Origin: Flaccisagitta enflata
Lineage: Eukaryota
Length of the DNA: 64,000 nt
Assembly (NCBI GenBank): GCA_965153355.1
Contig: OZ231126.1
Location: 25,358,001 to 25,422,000 of the forward strand
Direction: 5' to 3'
Shown here in pieces: positions 45,504 through 62,075 of the stretch (position 1 is the first letter of the stretch; every line of letters begins with the position of its first letter). The notes below the pieces were generated by a model. The model made no database searches. It was not told where the DNA came from and saw only the letters and a list, made by a program, of their open reading frames with translations. Position numbers and translations under genes: made by a program.

Positions 45504-45561
45504 ATGAGAACTGCATATTTTTTGACACTTTTGATGAGCTTGGCGATCAACCGTGCGATAG
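45504..45561 (+). CDS. Exon 1 of a secreted protein: signal peptide MRTAYFLTLLMSLAINRAI(A)
   Basis: ATG at 45504, hydrophobic core, canonical donor G|GTAAGA at 45562. Phase 1 joins in frame to the exon at 45916. Confidence 0.75.
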
Positions 45562-45915
45562 GTAAGAAAACATTACATATGACCTTTAACAGGTTTTGTT
45601 GTTTGTAAACTCCTGGTATGGGGAACGATTCTAATGATCGATGGTAAAGTCAGTTTTTGTTTCTGTATTATTTTCATTTCGTTTCTCTACGTTTGTTTTT
45701 TTTTTGGTTAGTTTGTTTGCTTGTTTGTTTGTGTGTTTGTGTGTTTGTGTGTTTGTGTGTTTGTGTGTTAGTTTGTTTGCTTGCTTGTTTGTGTGTTTGT
45801 TTGTTCGTTTGTCTGTTAGTCCGTCTTTTGATCATCAGCCGTTCAAATTTATAAGTAATCGGAGCAAGGCCTACCAGTCATAAGTGTGTAAAGCACTCTG
45901 TCAAACATTTCTCAG

Positions 45916-46232
45916 CACGAAATTTGCCGTCGAAGAGACAAGACACCACGGAAGGAAACGCGATGGTCGCCGAACTGGAAAAGTATCTAAACGCCGCCGG
46001 TAAAAAAGTCGAAACCGTTAAATCCGAGCTCGAAAGCAAATTGGGAGCCTTGAAGACGAAAATCGACGGACTGAGCAGCCTGAAGACGAAAGTCGACGTG
46101 ATCCACGAGAAAATGCGGAAGATCCCCGGCATCACTTGCTGCATGGACAGCAAATGCGGCAAATATCGAGGCATGATGGCAACGGCCAACAGACGCAAAT
46201 GCGCCAACTGGAATCAACAAAGTAAAGTGTGA
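45916..46232 (+). CDS. Exon 2: coiled-coil region followed by a partial kringle-like domain; truncated at a HINE fragment
   Basis: Acceptor TTTCTCAG at 45908-45915. Reads RNLPSKRQD...VAELEKYL...VKSELESKLGALKTKIDGLSSLKTKVDVIHEKM...CCMDSKCGKYRGMMATANRRKCANWNQQ. C-x7-YRG...T...C-x2-W-x2-Q matches the kringle N-terminus. Confidence 0.7.
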
Positions 46233-46285
46233 GCAACCAACCGACGGACAAAGCGGGGTGTAGAGTCGCGTAGCACGCGACTGAT
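46219..46285 (-). mobile_element. Truncated family A HINE fragment fused to the kringle exon
   Basis: AAAGTAAAGTGTGAGCAACCAACCGACGGACAAAGCGGGGTGTAGAGTCGCGTAGCACGCGACT is nearly the reverse complement of 12805-12891, with a shorter microsatellite. Confidence 0.8.
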
Positions 46286-46833
46286 AATCTCACTTAAAAG
46301 AAATGAGGTCGGAGAAAGTCAGTCACTCTGAATTCCGATTTCCTTGCCGACCAGTACAGTACCAGTACAGTTCAGTACCAGTTCAGTACCAGTAGAGTAC
46401 AGCACCAGTACAGTACTAGTACTAGAGTTTTCACGGGATTTGACACATCTTTAAACTAGACGTAGTTTAGAAACATTTTTATATGTTTTGCATAGCTCTA
46501 GCACTTCAGCTATGATTCCATATGTGTTTAATGGTAATGTTGTCCATTTCACATAATATCACAAACATTAAAATGCATCAAAAGCGAAACGTGCCCAGAA
46601 ATGTAAATTCCAATGCAAAAGAGGCCGTCAGTCTCAACAGTGAGTAGCTGGATCTGACTAGAGTGCTCATAGATAACCGGAGTTGCATATTCAAACTAAA
46701 AGTGAAATTGGGTGCAAGATTTCGATCCAAGTTTCAGAAATGATGATATTGACGTGTACACTTCTGTTTTGAGGATCATTATTGTGTCCATCATCTCATG
46801 GATTATACTACGCCTTGATTTGATTTAGCCAGA

Positions 46834-47012
<179 letters not shown>

Positions 47013-47987
47013 GTATATTCTCCCTCAAAAATGTCAACCCCCCTCTCCAACATCCATCCCTACACAGTCGAGATTTGCGCGAATCGACGATGAGGGGTAA
47101 ACAGTGAGGAAGATGGATAAGTCCTCTTTATTAAAATGGTGCGAGAATATGCAAAGTGGTCGTGAGTAATATGAAGGGGCAACGAAAGGGTTTATGGGTA
47201 TGAGTTGGGGTGCAAAGGGCGAGAAACCAAATCAGAAGAAATGACGAATGCAGTGATGAATACGATGGGGAGACAGATGGGGAGACGATGACGACGATGA
47301 GGATGACGACCACAACGTTAACGATAGGAAGACGACGACGATTAGGACGATGACAATGACAAAAATGCCGATGACGATGCTAACAAAGATGATGACAAGA
47401 CGCAGGTAAGGACAATGACAATGATGACAATGTCGATTACCATGGTGACAAAGACGATGACATGACGAGGGTAAGGACGATGGCAATGATGATGATGACA
47501 TTGACAATGACACTGACAAGACGACGAAAAGGACGATGACAAATACTACAATGTCCTTGACGAAGATGACAAAGACGATGATGACGATGATGACAATTTA
47601 GACGATGACGACAATGATGACGGAGGCAACGACCAAGGCGACGATGACGATGAAAACATTTGAGAGGATGATGACGAAAGCGACGACGTCGACATCGTTA
47701 GCGCAAATTGTGATGACGAATTCAAAGCCTTTGGCAGAGCGCGAAAGCTTTGAGGACGACGTCTTTGAAGGGCGGAAGTAAACAAACAAAAACCAAACCC
47801 AGCAGCGCGAGAGAAAGCCAAGGGAAAAAACCGCTTTCGATGTTTGTGGTTGGTTTTTGTGGTTGTGGGTGCCTGCGTGCACGGCATTTGGGCTTGGTAA
47901 CTGTGTAGCATTTGTACGTTATAAAAACAGAGGTGATGTGTGTCATAGGTTATGGGTATGCGACTGCGTGAGATAGAGAGTGAGTGT

Positions 47988-48106
<119 letters not shown>

Positions 48107-48746
48107 TGAGTGAGTGAGTGAGTGTGCGTGTGTGTGACAGAGACAGAGAGACAGACAGACAGACAGATACAGACAGACACAGACAGACAGACAGAGGGAC
48201 AGAGACATAAAGAGAGACAGAGAGACAGAGACAGACAGAAAGAAAAAGTTCGCCCAAACAGCGCACAAGATTTATGTTCGTTCCTCAATTAATTCGCATC
48301 TTGTTATTGACGGGATTTCATTGGGGCCTTGTGTTCTCTGACGTTGATGACAAAAATGGTCATAAATTTTCTCCTCTTTCTCTGTCTTGTGTTTCTGTTT
48401 CCTCTTTCTCGTTCCATTGAATCGTGTGTCCAGTATTCAGGTCCAGGCCCGGTGGAAAAGTGTGCAGAGGAGGAAGTGGTAAACAGGTAGAGAGCATCGA
48501 GATCGCGGAGAACGTGAATGGTTGATTTATCTGATTTGCCTCAGCTCCAACGTCCAGAATGGATTGTTCTTGATTTGTGTTTTCTCTCTCATGTTTTGTC
48601 GTAAATTATCGGTCTCTCTGTCTCTGTTTTTGTCTCTCTGTCTCTCTGTCTATCTCCCTGTCTCTCTGTCTGTCTTCCTGTCTCTACGTGTCCCTGTCTC
48701 TCTGTCTCTGTCTCCCTGTCTCCCTGTCTCTCTGTCTCTCTGTCTC

Positions 48747-48863
<117 letters not shown>

Positions 48864-50258
48864 TCCTACCTGACGAAGTTATTTATGACCTTTCCAAATC
48901 GATTCGATTTTTGTTTCGATCCGTAAACTCAACAATATTCGATAATTTATTACAGTCTGCTTTATACAATTTTTTTCTTCTTCTTCTTCTTTCTGGCTTA
49001 TGCTTTGGATTTGTCATATCATTTTTTTCTCATTGATCAGTTAACCATTAATCAAATACTTAGCGCTTGACGCGTAAGAAAGAGGCTGGTTTGCCCAATG
49101 ACATATCAATCAATAAAAAGAGCAGCAGTATGTATGATATAATTTGTTTTGGATATGACTCGGATTTTTTTTTTTTTTTTTTTTGGTTGTTAACTCATGA
49201 GAAATGGAAAACTAGGAGTGATGCGAGATTTAGTTGGTCGATAAGTGCTCACAATGTCCTTCACCATAAGCTTAGATCTTGGTACAGTGAGAAACAATGT
49301 TCTACTATTATAATGAAAGATATGTTAAATGAACATTACTATCGGTCACTGACAGCGACAAAAACGGCGACAATAACCGATGTAACAATAAAATTCTAAA
49401 CATTGAAACAAAAAAAAAAAATACATAGAAGAAAAGTCAACAACGACAAAGACAATCCAGTGTTCCTGTAAAACCACTTGCCTCACCCTGACATATACAA
49501 TAGGTACTGTTTTCGTATTGTAATAGCTGTTCCCAACAGCAATTGAATCCTACGACGGTCAGTAAATTTTCAAAGACAGCTATAACTCATCTCTGCCCGT
49601 AACTATCGAAAAGTGTAAAACGTGCCTTTCCGCCCGTCCCCCTTCCCGGTCCGCGACGCTACTGTAACCCCGCGTAACTTACTTCATCTTACTTCATCTC
49701 TACCAGCATAAAGCACAACACTTTTGTTCCCAGCAAATGCATCATTTATTAACTGCAATTTTCGAAGTGGCGGAGGAAGACTCATTGAGGGTGGGGGAGA
49801 AGGAGGAGGAAGAGGCAAAGGAGAAGGAAGGTGGTAATGAGGGAGGAGAAGTTGGTGGTAAAAGGGGAGGAGAAAAAACCGTTTTAAAAAACAAAAAGGC
49901 AACGCAATTGATGCTTCAACTGAGGACTTTCAAAACTGAAACCATTTATTACGCCTCTAAAGAGGTTATTATTGTTGAAGAGACCTTGATCCTATCCTCA
50001 ATTCTCCAGCCTTAATCTCTCGTCCCTCTTTCATGAACATTGTCTATCTGTCTATTTCTTCATCTCGTACGTCTCTTGTCAGTTAAGCAGTTAGACTGTC
50101 TATCTCTCTAGGTGCATACCTGGCTCTCTTTACCTGTCTCTCCTGCTTAGTTCGTACATTTGTCTCTATTTCTCTCTCTCTCTGCCTCTTATGTCTGTAT
50201 GTCTCTCTTATGTCTCTCTTATGTCTGTTCGTCCGTCCGTCCGTCCGTCCGTCCGTCC

Positions 50259-50322
<64 letters not shown>

Positions 50323-51627
50323 CCAACCCATTCGTGTTCTCATTCTCTGAGTTCAAATTTGTGTGTTTCCGGTAAGTCAAAAAAAAAAAAAAGAAAAAGA
50401 AAAAAAAAAGTCTGAATTGAATTATTGTTTGTGGGCCAACGATTTGGCTGAAAAATGGTCGAAGGTGTCATGTCCCGATGAAAAATACATGACAACGAAG
50501 AAGGTTCAGGTATTTTTGTTTTTCTCCATGACATAAAAGAGTATCAATCAATATTTAACCACGTGGAGTATACAAATTAATTAATGACTTTTAACATTTT
50601 CCCGTTAGAATGTTTTCAACTTTACCACCCAGTGAATTCCCCCTTTTTGCCCCCTCTCGCCCTCAGTGATTTGTCTGTATTTGGTTGTAATGGTAATGGA
50701 CTAAAAAAATACTCGATTAAACACCAAACTCAATTTTTATCGCTTTACGCATTTACGTGACAACTTACCTAAAACCGTATGAAAGATTTCTTGTTCATCA
50801 ATTTTAAACATTCATAACGCTTTGTTTCATTCAATTTTGTTTTAACTTCATCGAATATCTTTGATTTGACAATTATTTTTTTACACTCATCCATGCTTAA
50901 CCGATGATAAATTATATACGTAGATATAAAAAATCTAAGAGAGATAATTTTTAAAACCGAACACATTCGAGCGAAATTTCAAAACGCAATATCGACAATT
51001 TATCTTGAATTCGTGTTTGTCAAAAAAGAAAGAAAAATGAAAGAAAAAAAAGTAAACAAATTCTTTTTTTTTTCTTTTTTTGGTCTACTTTTTGGTCTTC
51101 TTCTTGATTCTTCTTCCCTGGCGGCGAGTTCTGAAAGATCGATGCATCATCATCGGACAAAAGATTCGACAGGAGAGACGACGAAACACTGGGAGAACAA
51201 GGACAACGACATCGAGATACAACACAACGAGGATAATAACAACAACAAAGACAACAACAACATCAACGAACTCGATATCATGGACAGACTTTGAGCGAGA
51301 GAATTCATGCGGATAAACGACAGGTGTAGTCGAGTCTGGCCCGGCTTAAAGCTGACGAGAGACGCGGGGGAAGTGGGGTGGGGAAGGGCGAAGGGGGATA
51401 AAAATAGTCGCGTAAGCAAATGTCATACAAGGGGTTGTAATGGTGGAAAGGGGGTTCGTGTTGATCAGGTGGGTATAACGTTGAGTATTCAAAGGGTTTG
51501 GAGATAGGGAAAAATCAAAAGCTAGAAAAGAAGTGACTGGGGTCTCAATATTGTTGCGGGCAGGTGGAGAGGAGCATCCAACCCCCATCGACACCCTAAC
51601 CCCCACCTCCCACACACGAACATACAC

Positions 51628-52187
51628 AATAGTCGCAAAAGCGTTTGATGGTCAGCAGTACCCGTGCCCTACCAAAGTGGGTTGTGCTTGAAGTTAAAGG
51701 GGAAGCAGGGCAGCGATCCCAAAGGGGTCGATGACCTATGCTTTCACACATATTGAGAATTTTCTCCTTCTTCTCCTGCTCCTCCGTCCCTCCACCCCTC
51801 AAATCCCAGTCTCGAGGCACAAATTCCAGTCCAGAGGCCTAAATCCCAGTCTTGAGGCCCTAATCCCACCCTCAAGGCCCAAATTCTAGCTGCAAGGCCG
51901 AAATCTTAGCCTGGAGGCTCAGATCCTTGAGGCCAAAATCTCAGCCTCAAGGTTATGATCTGGACCTCTTGGCTGGGATTTGGGCCTTGCAGCTAGGATT
52001 TGGGCCTTGCGGCTGGAATTTGGGCCTCAAGACTGGGATTTCGCCCTCGAGACTAGAATTTGGGCCTCAAGACTGGAATTTAAGCGGGGAGGGGGGGGGG
52101 GTACAAAGGAGAAAGAGAAGAAGGAGGAAATTCCCCGTATGTGTGAAAGCATAGGCCATCGACCCTTTCGGGGCCGCTGCCCAAAAA
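51628..52187 (-). mobile_element. HINE-like element, family B, with head-to-head internal 21-bp arrays
   Basis: AATAGTCGCAAAAGCG ... GGGCAGCGATCCC..GGTCGATGACCTATGCTTTCACAC ... GTGTGAAAGCATAGGCCATCGACCCTTTCGGGGCCGCTGCCCAAAA. Confidence 0.8.
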
Positions 52188-52706
52188 CTATCTGAAATGC
52201 ACGTTTTTACACTTTCCAACTCGATCACCATGCACAGACGGAGCGATGGACGGACAAGGCCTCTTATTGCATTGACTTGCGTGTCTGCAACTAAAACGTA
52301 CAGCGAGGTGGGTGGTGATGATTCAGTGAACCCGTTCACTGTCCTCCATACAGTGTACATTGCTTATTGCTCAGCCTAAGCCTCGCCCCTCTTCGGTACT
52401 GGAATTCGGTACAAAATCAACATTAGGAATGTTATGAAAAATGAATTCTGAACGTGTCAAGATTCTTTTGGAACAAGCAACGGTTTGATGTAACCAACAA
52501 AGCGCTGAATGAATTTTATGAATGTCTGTTTCTTCTAACTCAGTTCCTTAAGCGTGTATGAAAAATGTATTCTATGATTTTTTTTGTTTTGTTTTTTTTT
52601 CTTTTTTCTTTTTTTCTAAAACTGAAGGAAACAGTTCAGCAAAAGATTAGGTTCTAATCAAACACGACTATGCCTGAGATTTTCGGCAGATGGCGGTGAT
52701 AAATGA

Positions 52707-52802
<96 letters not shown>

Positions 52803-54331
52803 CTTCTCAACCGGGACCCATCGAGGACCAGGCAGACGTCATCCCTGTTCAAGTCCAGAGTATGATTTTATAACAAATGAGGTCTTTTTGAGATAAATAC
52901 CAGCCCAAAGCGGCAAATTCAAAGAAGGTTTCAAAAGAGCAGCGGCAGCAGTGGCCAGCCGCTGCTGCTGCAGTCCTTTGGGCGACTCGAGGGTGAGTTC
53001 ACAAATAAGAAGGGTGAATGGGGGGGGGGGGTGAAATATGCCTGGTGGGGGTAGTGATAGAATGAATTGGGGTTTGAGATGTCAGGGAAGGAGTAGGCGG
53101 GGATCATTATCAAACAAACACCACATTCACCCAACACTTCCCTCACTTCTTGGTCTTTTATCCCCATCCGCATACACAACACCCCCATCTGCACCCACAC
53201 CACCCGTACATAACATACTTCAAACTGAAAAAAAATCGTGGGCCTGTGTTTGGATTTTCGAAAAGCAAAAAGGGCAGAGTTTGAAAGCTTAGATCTTCAC
53301 AAAATGACGTTGATGAATGGTGAGGGGGGTTTAGCAGGAGGATGAGGATGAGGAGGAGGAGTTTGAGGAGGATGAGGAGTAGAGGGAGGAGGGGCGGAAC
53401 ACTCGAGCCACGACCCGCGTGTGAGAGGTCCTTCCAAAAAATGTGTGAGAAGCTAGAAATTCCTTCTTCCCAACTTGTAACAACTTTCTGAATTAACCAA
53501 CGTTTTTTACCGTTACAAGGATCAAGTAATGGTTTTCTGTGATCAGGCAATGATATCATTAATGAGATACTCTGAAGTTGACAACAAGAAGGATGCTCTT
53601 TTTGGAAGCGGAATGTCTGTACGGAGACGCACTCGTGTGAAAATGACTCTTTGTTGAAATTGTGAAATAGACTTTCTTAAGCCAGACAATTTTAGATAAA
53701 GACAAAATTGTACATATTGTCCACGAAGCTGACTGATGCATTTCAATTTCACTCTCTGTGCTACGACCTTTTGCAAATGTTTTTACTACTCATTGCATGG
53801 TCTTAACGGGAAGAGGAATCATTATCATTTATGAATTCACCACGTTCCCGTATTTCCTTGAAAGGGTTGTTCATTTGTCGAGCATTGGGCAATGGGATCG
53901 AGAAGAGCAGCGCAGCGCCATGATCGAGCGGTGGCCCAACTCGAAATAAGCCGACGATCGGCGAGTGAAGATTCAATGTGAACTTCGCTTCTTCATAGAG
54001 CCCACAATTCTATCTGTCTAGATCTTTTCAATCCGTCAACTAACACCGGCCAAATCAGTAATTCAATTTCTGACTCGTACAAAATGTTTCATGCAGAATA
54101 AATCATAACGGGATATGCATATTGCAGGATATTTTTTTATTTGCTCAGTGTAGTAAGCAAAAAGAAAAATAATACGAATAAAAAAGATACGAAAAAAAAA
54201 ATAAATAAAAGAACAATCTTTAACAACAATAATCAAGGCAGATATGAGATATCCCCAATTGCAATGCGCCAATACGTACCGCGAAATCTTCTTCAGTTAC
54301 TATCACAGTTTAGTATCTTTCTCTAGTTGGC

Positions 54332-54644
54332 TTTTTAGTCACTTGCTAAGCGACTCCATAAGAGGGTATGTCTATAGGTAGGTAGGTAGGTAGGTAGGCA
54401 GGTAGGTAGGTAGGTAGGTAGATATGTATGTAGGTAGATATGTAGGTAGAACTGTTGTTAATGCCAATTTTTGGATGACGCGATATCGGCCGGATTAGTG
54501 TTTTCTGAACACTTGCTCATGCCCAATTAAATCAGATTTACAGCCCCCGCCCACCCATATTCTGCTCCTACAGTCCTACTAACCCGCTTTTCCGCCTCTG
54601 CTCACCCACAAACGACTACTTATTGGCCGTGTATCCGGCCTTGT
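54332..54644 (+). mobile_element. HINE-like element, family A variant with (GGTA)n
   Basis: TTTTTAGTCACTTGCTAAGCGACTC ... GGCCGTGTATCCGGCCTTGT. Confidence 0.65.
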
Positions 54645-54756
54645 CATACAGCAAATTTAAGAAATTTAAGATATGAAATTGATGGATTGGAACTGAGGAC
54701 CTCAAAATTTATTTCTATTATACTTTTCATTGGTAGATCTCCGAGTAAGATTAGGG

Positions 54757-55305
54757 CACATTGTAACTTTGTAGTATAATTGTGGCCAGGGGGGAATTTT
54801 CTTCTTCACTTCCATCTAAGTTTTTTGGAGGAGAGGAATTTTGGTGGAGAGGAATTTTGGAGGAGAGGAATTTTTTATTTACTGGGGAATTTTGAAGAAG
54901 AGGAATTTTGGAGGAGAGGAATTTTGGAGAGGAGGAATTTTGAGGAGAGGAACTTTGGAGAGGAAGAGGAATTTTAGAGGAGAGGAATTTTGGAGGAGAG
55001 GAATTTTTCATTTACTGAAAAGTGGCATATTTACCGAGGTTAAAAAGTAAGAACTTGGTAACTTACCATTGGCATAGCAACTTTTACCGATGATTAGGTA
55101 AAGTAAAAAATAAGGTAATTTACCCAAATGAAAGTAAAAAAGTAAAACAGTAAGAAAGTAAGAAAGCAAGGAAGCCAATCATGGAGGAGGTAAAAAGTAA
55201 GAAATTAAGCAAGTAAATTGTAGGTTATTTACTGGAATAACAGTAAAGTAACAAAAAAGTAAGAGAAAGAGAAAAATCCGCCTTGGCCATGGAAGTTACA
55301 TTGTG
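54757..55305. mobile_element. Transib-like MITE with internal GAGGAATTTTGGAG array
   Basis: CACATTGTAACTT / AAGTTACATTGTG termini, a second inverted block TGGCCA.G..GGA.TTTTCT, and 5-bp flanks TAGGG / TGGGG (4/5). Confidence 0.65.
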
Positions 55306-55332
55306 TGGGGCGAATCAAGATCACTTCTAATA

Positions 55333-55977
55333 CACTTTTTTTTTTTATAAGCACGCACTTTTTTCAGCTGAGGCTGAGCGTGCTTAGCAAAATCCTATTT
55401 TTGAGGCTAAAATGTGCTTAAGTGCGTGCTTATCATAAATCGAGGGGAAATATCAAGACTACAGTATATTTAATACAGATTATAGAACTGAATATGCTTT
55501 ACAATATAGAACATAACATAGTTTAATATGGAATACAATAAAAATACATTTAGTTAATCTTTTAGTGCTTCTTTAGTTTATGTTACAGAGATAAATGTTT
55601 TAAACAATAATGTATGTATAAATAGCATCTACATACAATAGTATCTACATGCAACAATGTAGAGCATTATTAGAAATTCGAATATTACTATCAAAATCAA
55701 TATCCTTAATATTTTGAAGGTTGAGCTTGGTCAGCTTATAATTAAGTATGAGATTAAAAATATTTTTGATAGTTTTGAGTTCTAACTAAAAAAGTAACTA
55801 CTAATCTTTAAAGTTCTAAAAAAGATTATCTAAAAATTGTTTTTTTTTTATTTTTACCAATTTTTTTTCCAAATTGCAAATCTCAGCCTGAAGTGTGCTT
55901 AGCAATGTGCTTTAACTTTTCCAACATCTGAGGCTGGGCGTGCTTATAAACAAGGTGCTTATATAAAAAAAAAAGTG
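55333..55977. mobile_element. TA-flanked MITE (Tc1/mariner-type signature)
   Basis: TA|CACT(n)ATAAGCAC ... GTGCTTATATA(n)GTG|TA, with repeated CTGAGGCTG.GCGTGCTTA motifs near both ends. Confidence 0.75.
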
Positions 55978-56359
55978 TAGTGTTGAAGTAACGTCTCATT
56001 TTAAATCCATGATTGTTGTTGGCGAAGTAATAACGCCAATTGATGCGGTAAAATGAGGACGTCATGTATCAATATTGGCCGGATGGCTTCCGAAGACGAG
56101 GAGGAGGAGAAGGAGAAGGAGAAGGAGAAGGAGAAGGAGAAGGGGAGCCAGGATAAGGCCTTTAGGATGAGGAGTTGTAGAAGTCGACGGCGATATCCGA
56201 CGATTATGCAAGTGCGACATAAATCCGGTAAATCTGAGCATGTGGCTTTTTATCTGTTACACACACTCGGATCTACAGGGTCAGCGTTGCACGGCGTTGT
56301 TGCCAGTTCTAATTCACTGCAGTGTCTTTGTGTTTTGCGTCTGTATGTTTGCTTACTTG

Positions 56360-56425
<66 letters not shown>

Positions 56426-56644
56426 TATGTGCATAAACTGTGTGTATGTAATTTCTCGAACTTTGAATATCCAATGTCGTCATTCAACTGATTCAAGTGG
56501 TTGTGAATTCCCCTCAGGAGGAAATTGACGTTGGTCGCTGGTTTGGTGGCAATTTCTCATTTATATATATAATAGGCAACCATTTTGTTGTTGATTCAAT
56601 GTGTGGACTTTTCTCCTTCCTTTTAAAGTCCGACCTGGCCATGG

Positions 56645-57035
<391 letters not shown>

Positions 57036-58324
57036 AAAGAAAATAATTGAAGACGTCACTCGTAACTTTGCCCCCACTTGAGGACTATTCTTTTTTTAGT
57101 CGCGGACAGGTGACTCTACACCTGTGTCGGTCCCATGGGTGTACGGGGAGGGACGTCAGGGACGTCGGCTGACGTCCCTGTTTGTCGGACTTACACACTT
57201 GTCGGACTAAAGCCTATTAAGAAAAAGAAGGCAAAAATGGGGAAAAAAGAAAGAAAAAAAAATCTGGAGAAGAAAATGCAAAATCAGGGGAAGAAGGAGA
57301 GAAAATGTGTGTTTTTCTTACAAACTAGGCTATCAATTCTTGCATCAAAGTGTAATTTAAGAATTGAAAAGAGTGAAAAAATAGTAAAGCCTGTCAGGCT
57401 TGAAGCTCTGTCGGACTTGAAACTGGTTGCCGACGGCCCTTTGAGATTCCGAGCCATACACTTATGGTCGGTCAGTTCGGAAGTCTGTCGTAATGTTATT
57501 TGATTAATGTTGTTTTTGTCTCTTTATGGGGTTTTAAGTCAGATTGAGTTGTGTATGAGTTGTTTTTTTTTCTTTCTCCAATCGTCCGCGACTTTTACCC
57601 TTTGTAGGGCTTGGATAATGGTTGAGGCATTCAACGATATCCATCGATAAGCCAGGGTATAGTTCCTCGATTACCGAATTAAATAAATACGGATTTATAA
57701 AACTTCTTTTATAAGTTTTTCACACAACTTTCTGAATTTGGAACATCAATATGTAATGACGTCGTTTGGTAAATGTCACGTTATTCCTTCGCTTTTATTT
57801 CTTTCCTTCATTTATTTTGTTTTGTTTTGTTTTGTATTTTTTTTTATCAACACTACAATTTTCAGTCGTTATTTTGCCGGTTAATTTTGACGTTGCTCTT
57901 TTGGTCGCTCGATTCAATTGTAATCCAAAATTTGTTTCCAACAATTCCCGCAGATGGAGTCGGATTCCAGCGTCGATTTGCCGGCAGCAATCGAAAAAAA
58001 AAAATGGAACCAAGTCATCGAGGACGTAATCAGGCAGCAGCCGCAGCAGCAGCGTTGGACATAGCATGACAGTCACGGCAACAGCGGCGGCGACGAGGGC
58101 GGCGGCGGCCGCAGCGACGACGACGGCAGCGGGAAGTGGCAGCTGCTTTAACGCAGCGGCAGTGGCGGCAGCGGTGGCGGGAAAAAAACGCAGTAACGGC
58201 AGCGGCGTAAGCGGCAGAGGCGGCGAAGGCAGGCGCAGGCAGCTCGAAAGATCCATGGCAGCGACCGACGTCCCTCGACTTGGTTGCTGGTGCCATCGTG
58301 GTCGACGGGGGCCAAGAAAAGAGG

Positions 58325-58420
<96 letters not shown>

Positions 58421-58614
58421 CATTAAAAGTTCCCTCACGTTGATGCCCAAAAAAGCCTGAGAATTTGTGTGCCTGTGCGTGGTTATACTTCTGTGTATTT
58501 AACCTCAGGCCAGGTTATTTGCGCGAACGAGTACGCATGGAACCAAACATAAGTGTACATAACGGTTATGATTGTTTTTCCACGAGTTCGCGGAAATAAA
58601 CGTCATCAGCTGAG

Positions 58615-58688
<74 letters not shown>

Positions 58689-58693
58689 ACAGA

Positions 58694-58795
<102 letters not shown>

Positions 58796-59493
58796 AACAC
58801 AAACACCCACACACACAGACGCACACGCACGCACACAAACGCACACGCACGCACACAAACGGACTAGCAGACAGTAACTGACGGAGTCAGACAGGCAGAG
58901 TCAGACAGACCTGATGCGAGAGCGGTGGATCGACCAAAAGACAGGCAAACAGACAGACCCTTACGTACAGGAAGACAGACAGACAGACCTACAACAAGTA
59001 CTCTAGGGGGAACAGTGTTTTTGGGCAGAACCAGAATTGCAGAAAAACGAATCCTAGTCCACTCAGCTCTGAGCTTCGCGGGCCAACGGACTGACGAACA
59101 AACGCATTTACAAATTCATGAGTTTCTTTCAAGCGACTGAGCAGGCAATCCTGAGGGCACTGTTAGTTCGAGTGACAGACTGACAAGAACGGACGATGAC
59201 GCTTTCCCATTTGCTGACATAATTTCGATGACTGAAAGGAGAGATAATTGGGTGAAAGTATTTGATATCTAATATTTTGCTACTTTGATTTCTAATCAAA
59301 ATCCGCTCAAACGGACTGCAAAGGATTTTTTCGTCTGTAGTAGCCACCGCTAAAATTAAAGAGGAACATATGAAGGAGATGAAGGAATTGCATTTGTATA
59401 TCTTCACAAAAGAATTGACGCCTTTTGTCTTTTTCCGAATCCTCCGCCAGAGCGAAGCATTAGTTCGAGCTGATTCGGAATGGTGCATGTAAA

Positions 59494-59581
59494 ACCTAAC
59501 CCATCCTAGCCCTAACGCTAACCCTAACCCTAAAACTTATCCCAACCCCATCCCTAACCCTAACCCCACCCCTAACCCTAA
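59494..59581. repeat. Degenerate (CCCTAA)n telomere-like tract
   Basis: CCCTAACGCTAACCCTAACCCTAA...CCCTAACCCTAACCCCACCCCTAACCCTAA. Confidence 0.7.
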
Positions 59582-59790
59582 ATCAATAAACCGCTTAAAA
59601 AGACACAGCTGATTCTAATTAACAGCGCTTTCACGCTCAAGGAAGAAACATGATAATAATGGTTTTCTTTCTAAATGATCAACTTTTATCCAAAGACGGG
59701 CAAGATGGGCAATTGGCAATGACGGGGAATACCCATACATACAAGGACAGGGACAGTGATTAAAAAAAAGACAGACAGACAAATACACAG

Positions 59791-59893
<103 letters not shown>

Positions 59894-60274
59894 TATCTGC
59901 TGACAAGTAACACGGGGTTACAAAAATGCGGACGAACATAGCCTCTTACATAGTCGCGAGTTCGCCACTTAAAAGTCAGTCGCGGATGAATGACGATTTA
60001 ACCAATTTACTTATTCGCGTCGCTTCTACGCCACGTAAGAATTTCAAAATAAACATCGTACAAAACATGTGGAAAATATTTTTACCTTTGATGAACGTTA
60101 AGTAACTTTTTCAATAATGATTTTTAAAGTCTTTGCCCCCAAAATAAAATCGATGAGCGATTTTCTGACATGAAAGTCGCTGGCCAAAAAAAAAAAGCTT
60201 TAACCGACGGCGAATACGAGATGCAAACAACGATGCTTCTCATCTGTCTCTGTCTTTCTCTCCTTCTCCTTTCG

Positions 60275-60380
<106 letters not shown>

Positions 60381-60449
60381 CTTCCCTTTCTCCTCTTTTA
60401 TGATTGTACTCGACCGACAGTCTTTTCTCTCAAGTTGAAATTACCACTG

Positions 60450-62075
<1,626 letters not shown>

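Noticed and set aside
47284-47780. Asp-rich coding exon
   Set aside because: Degenerate (GAC/GAT)n with frequent frame changes and no clear splice sites.
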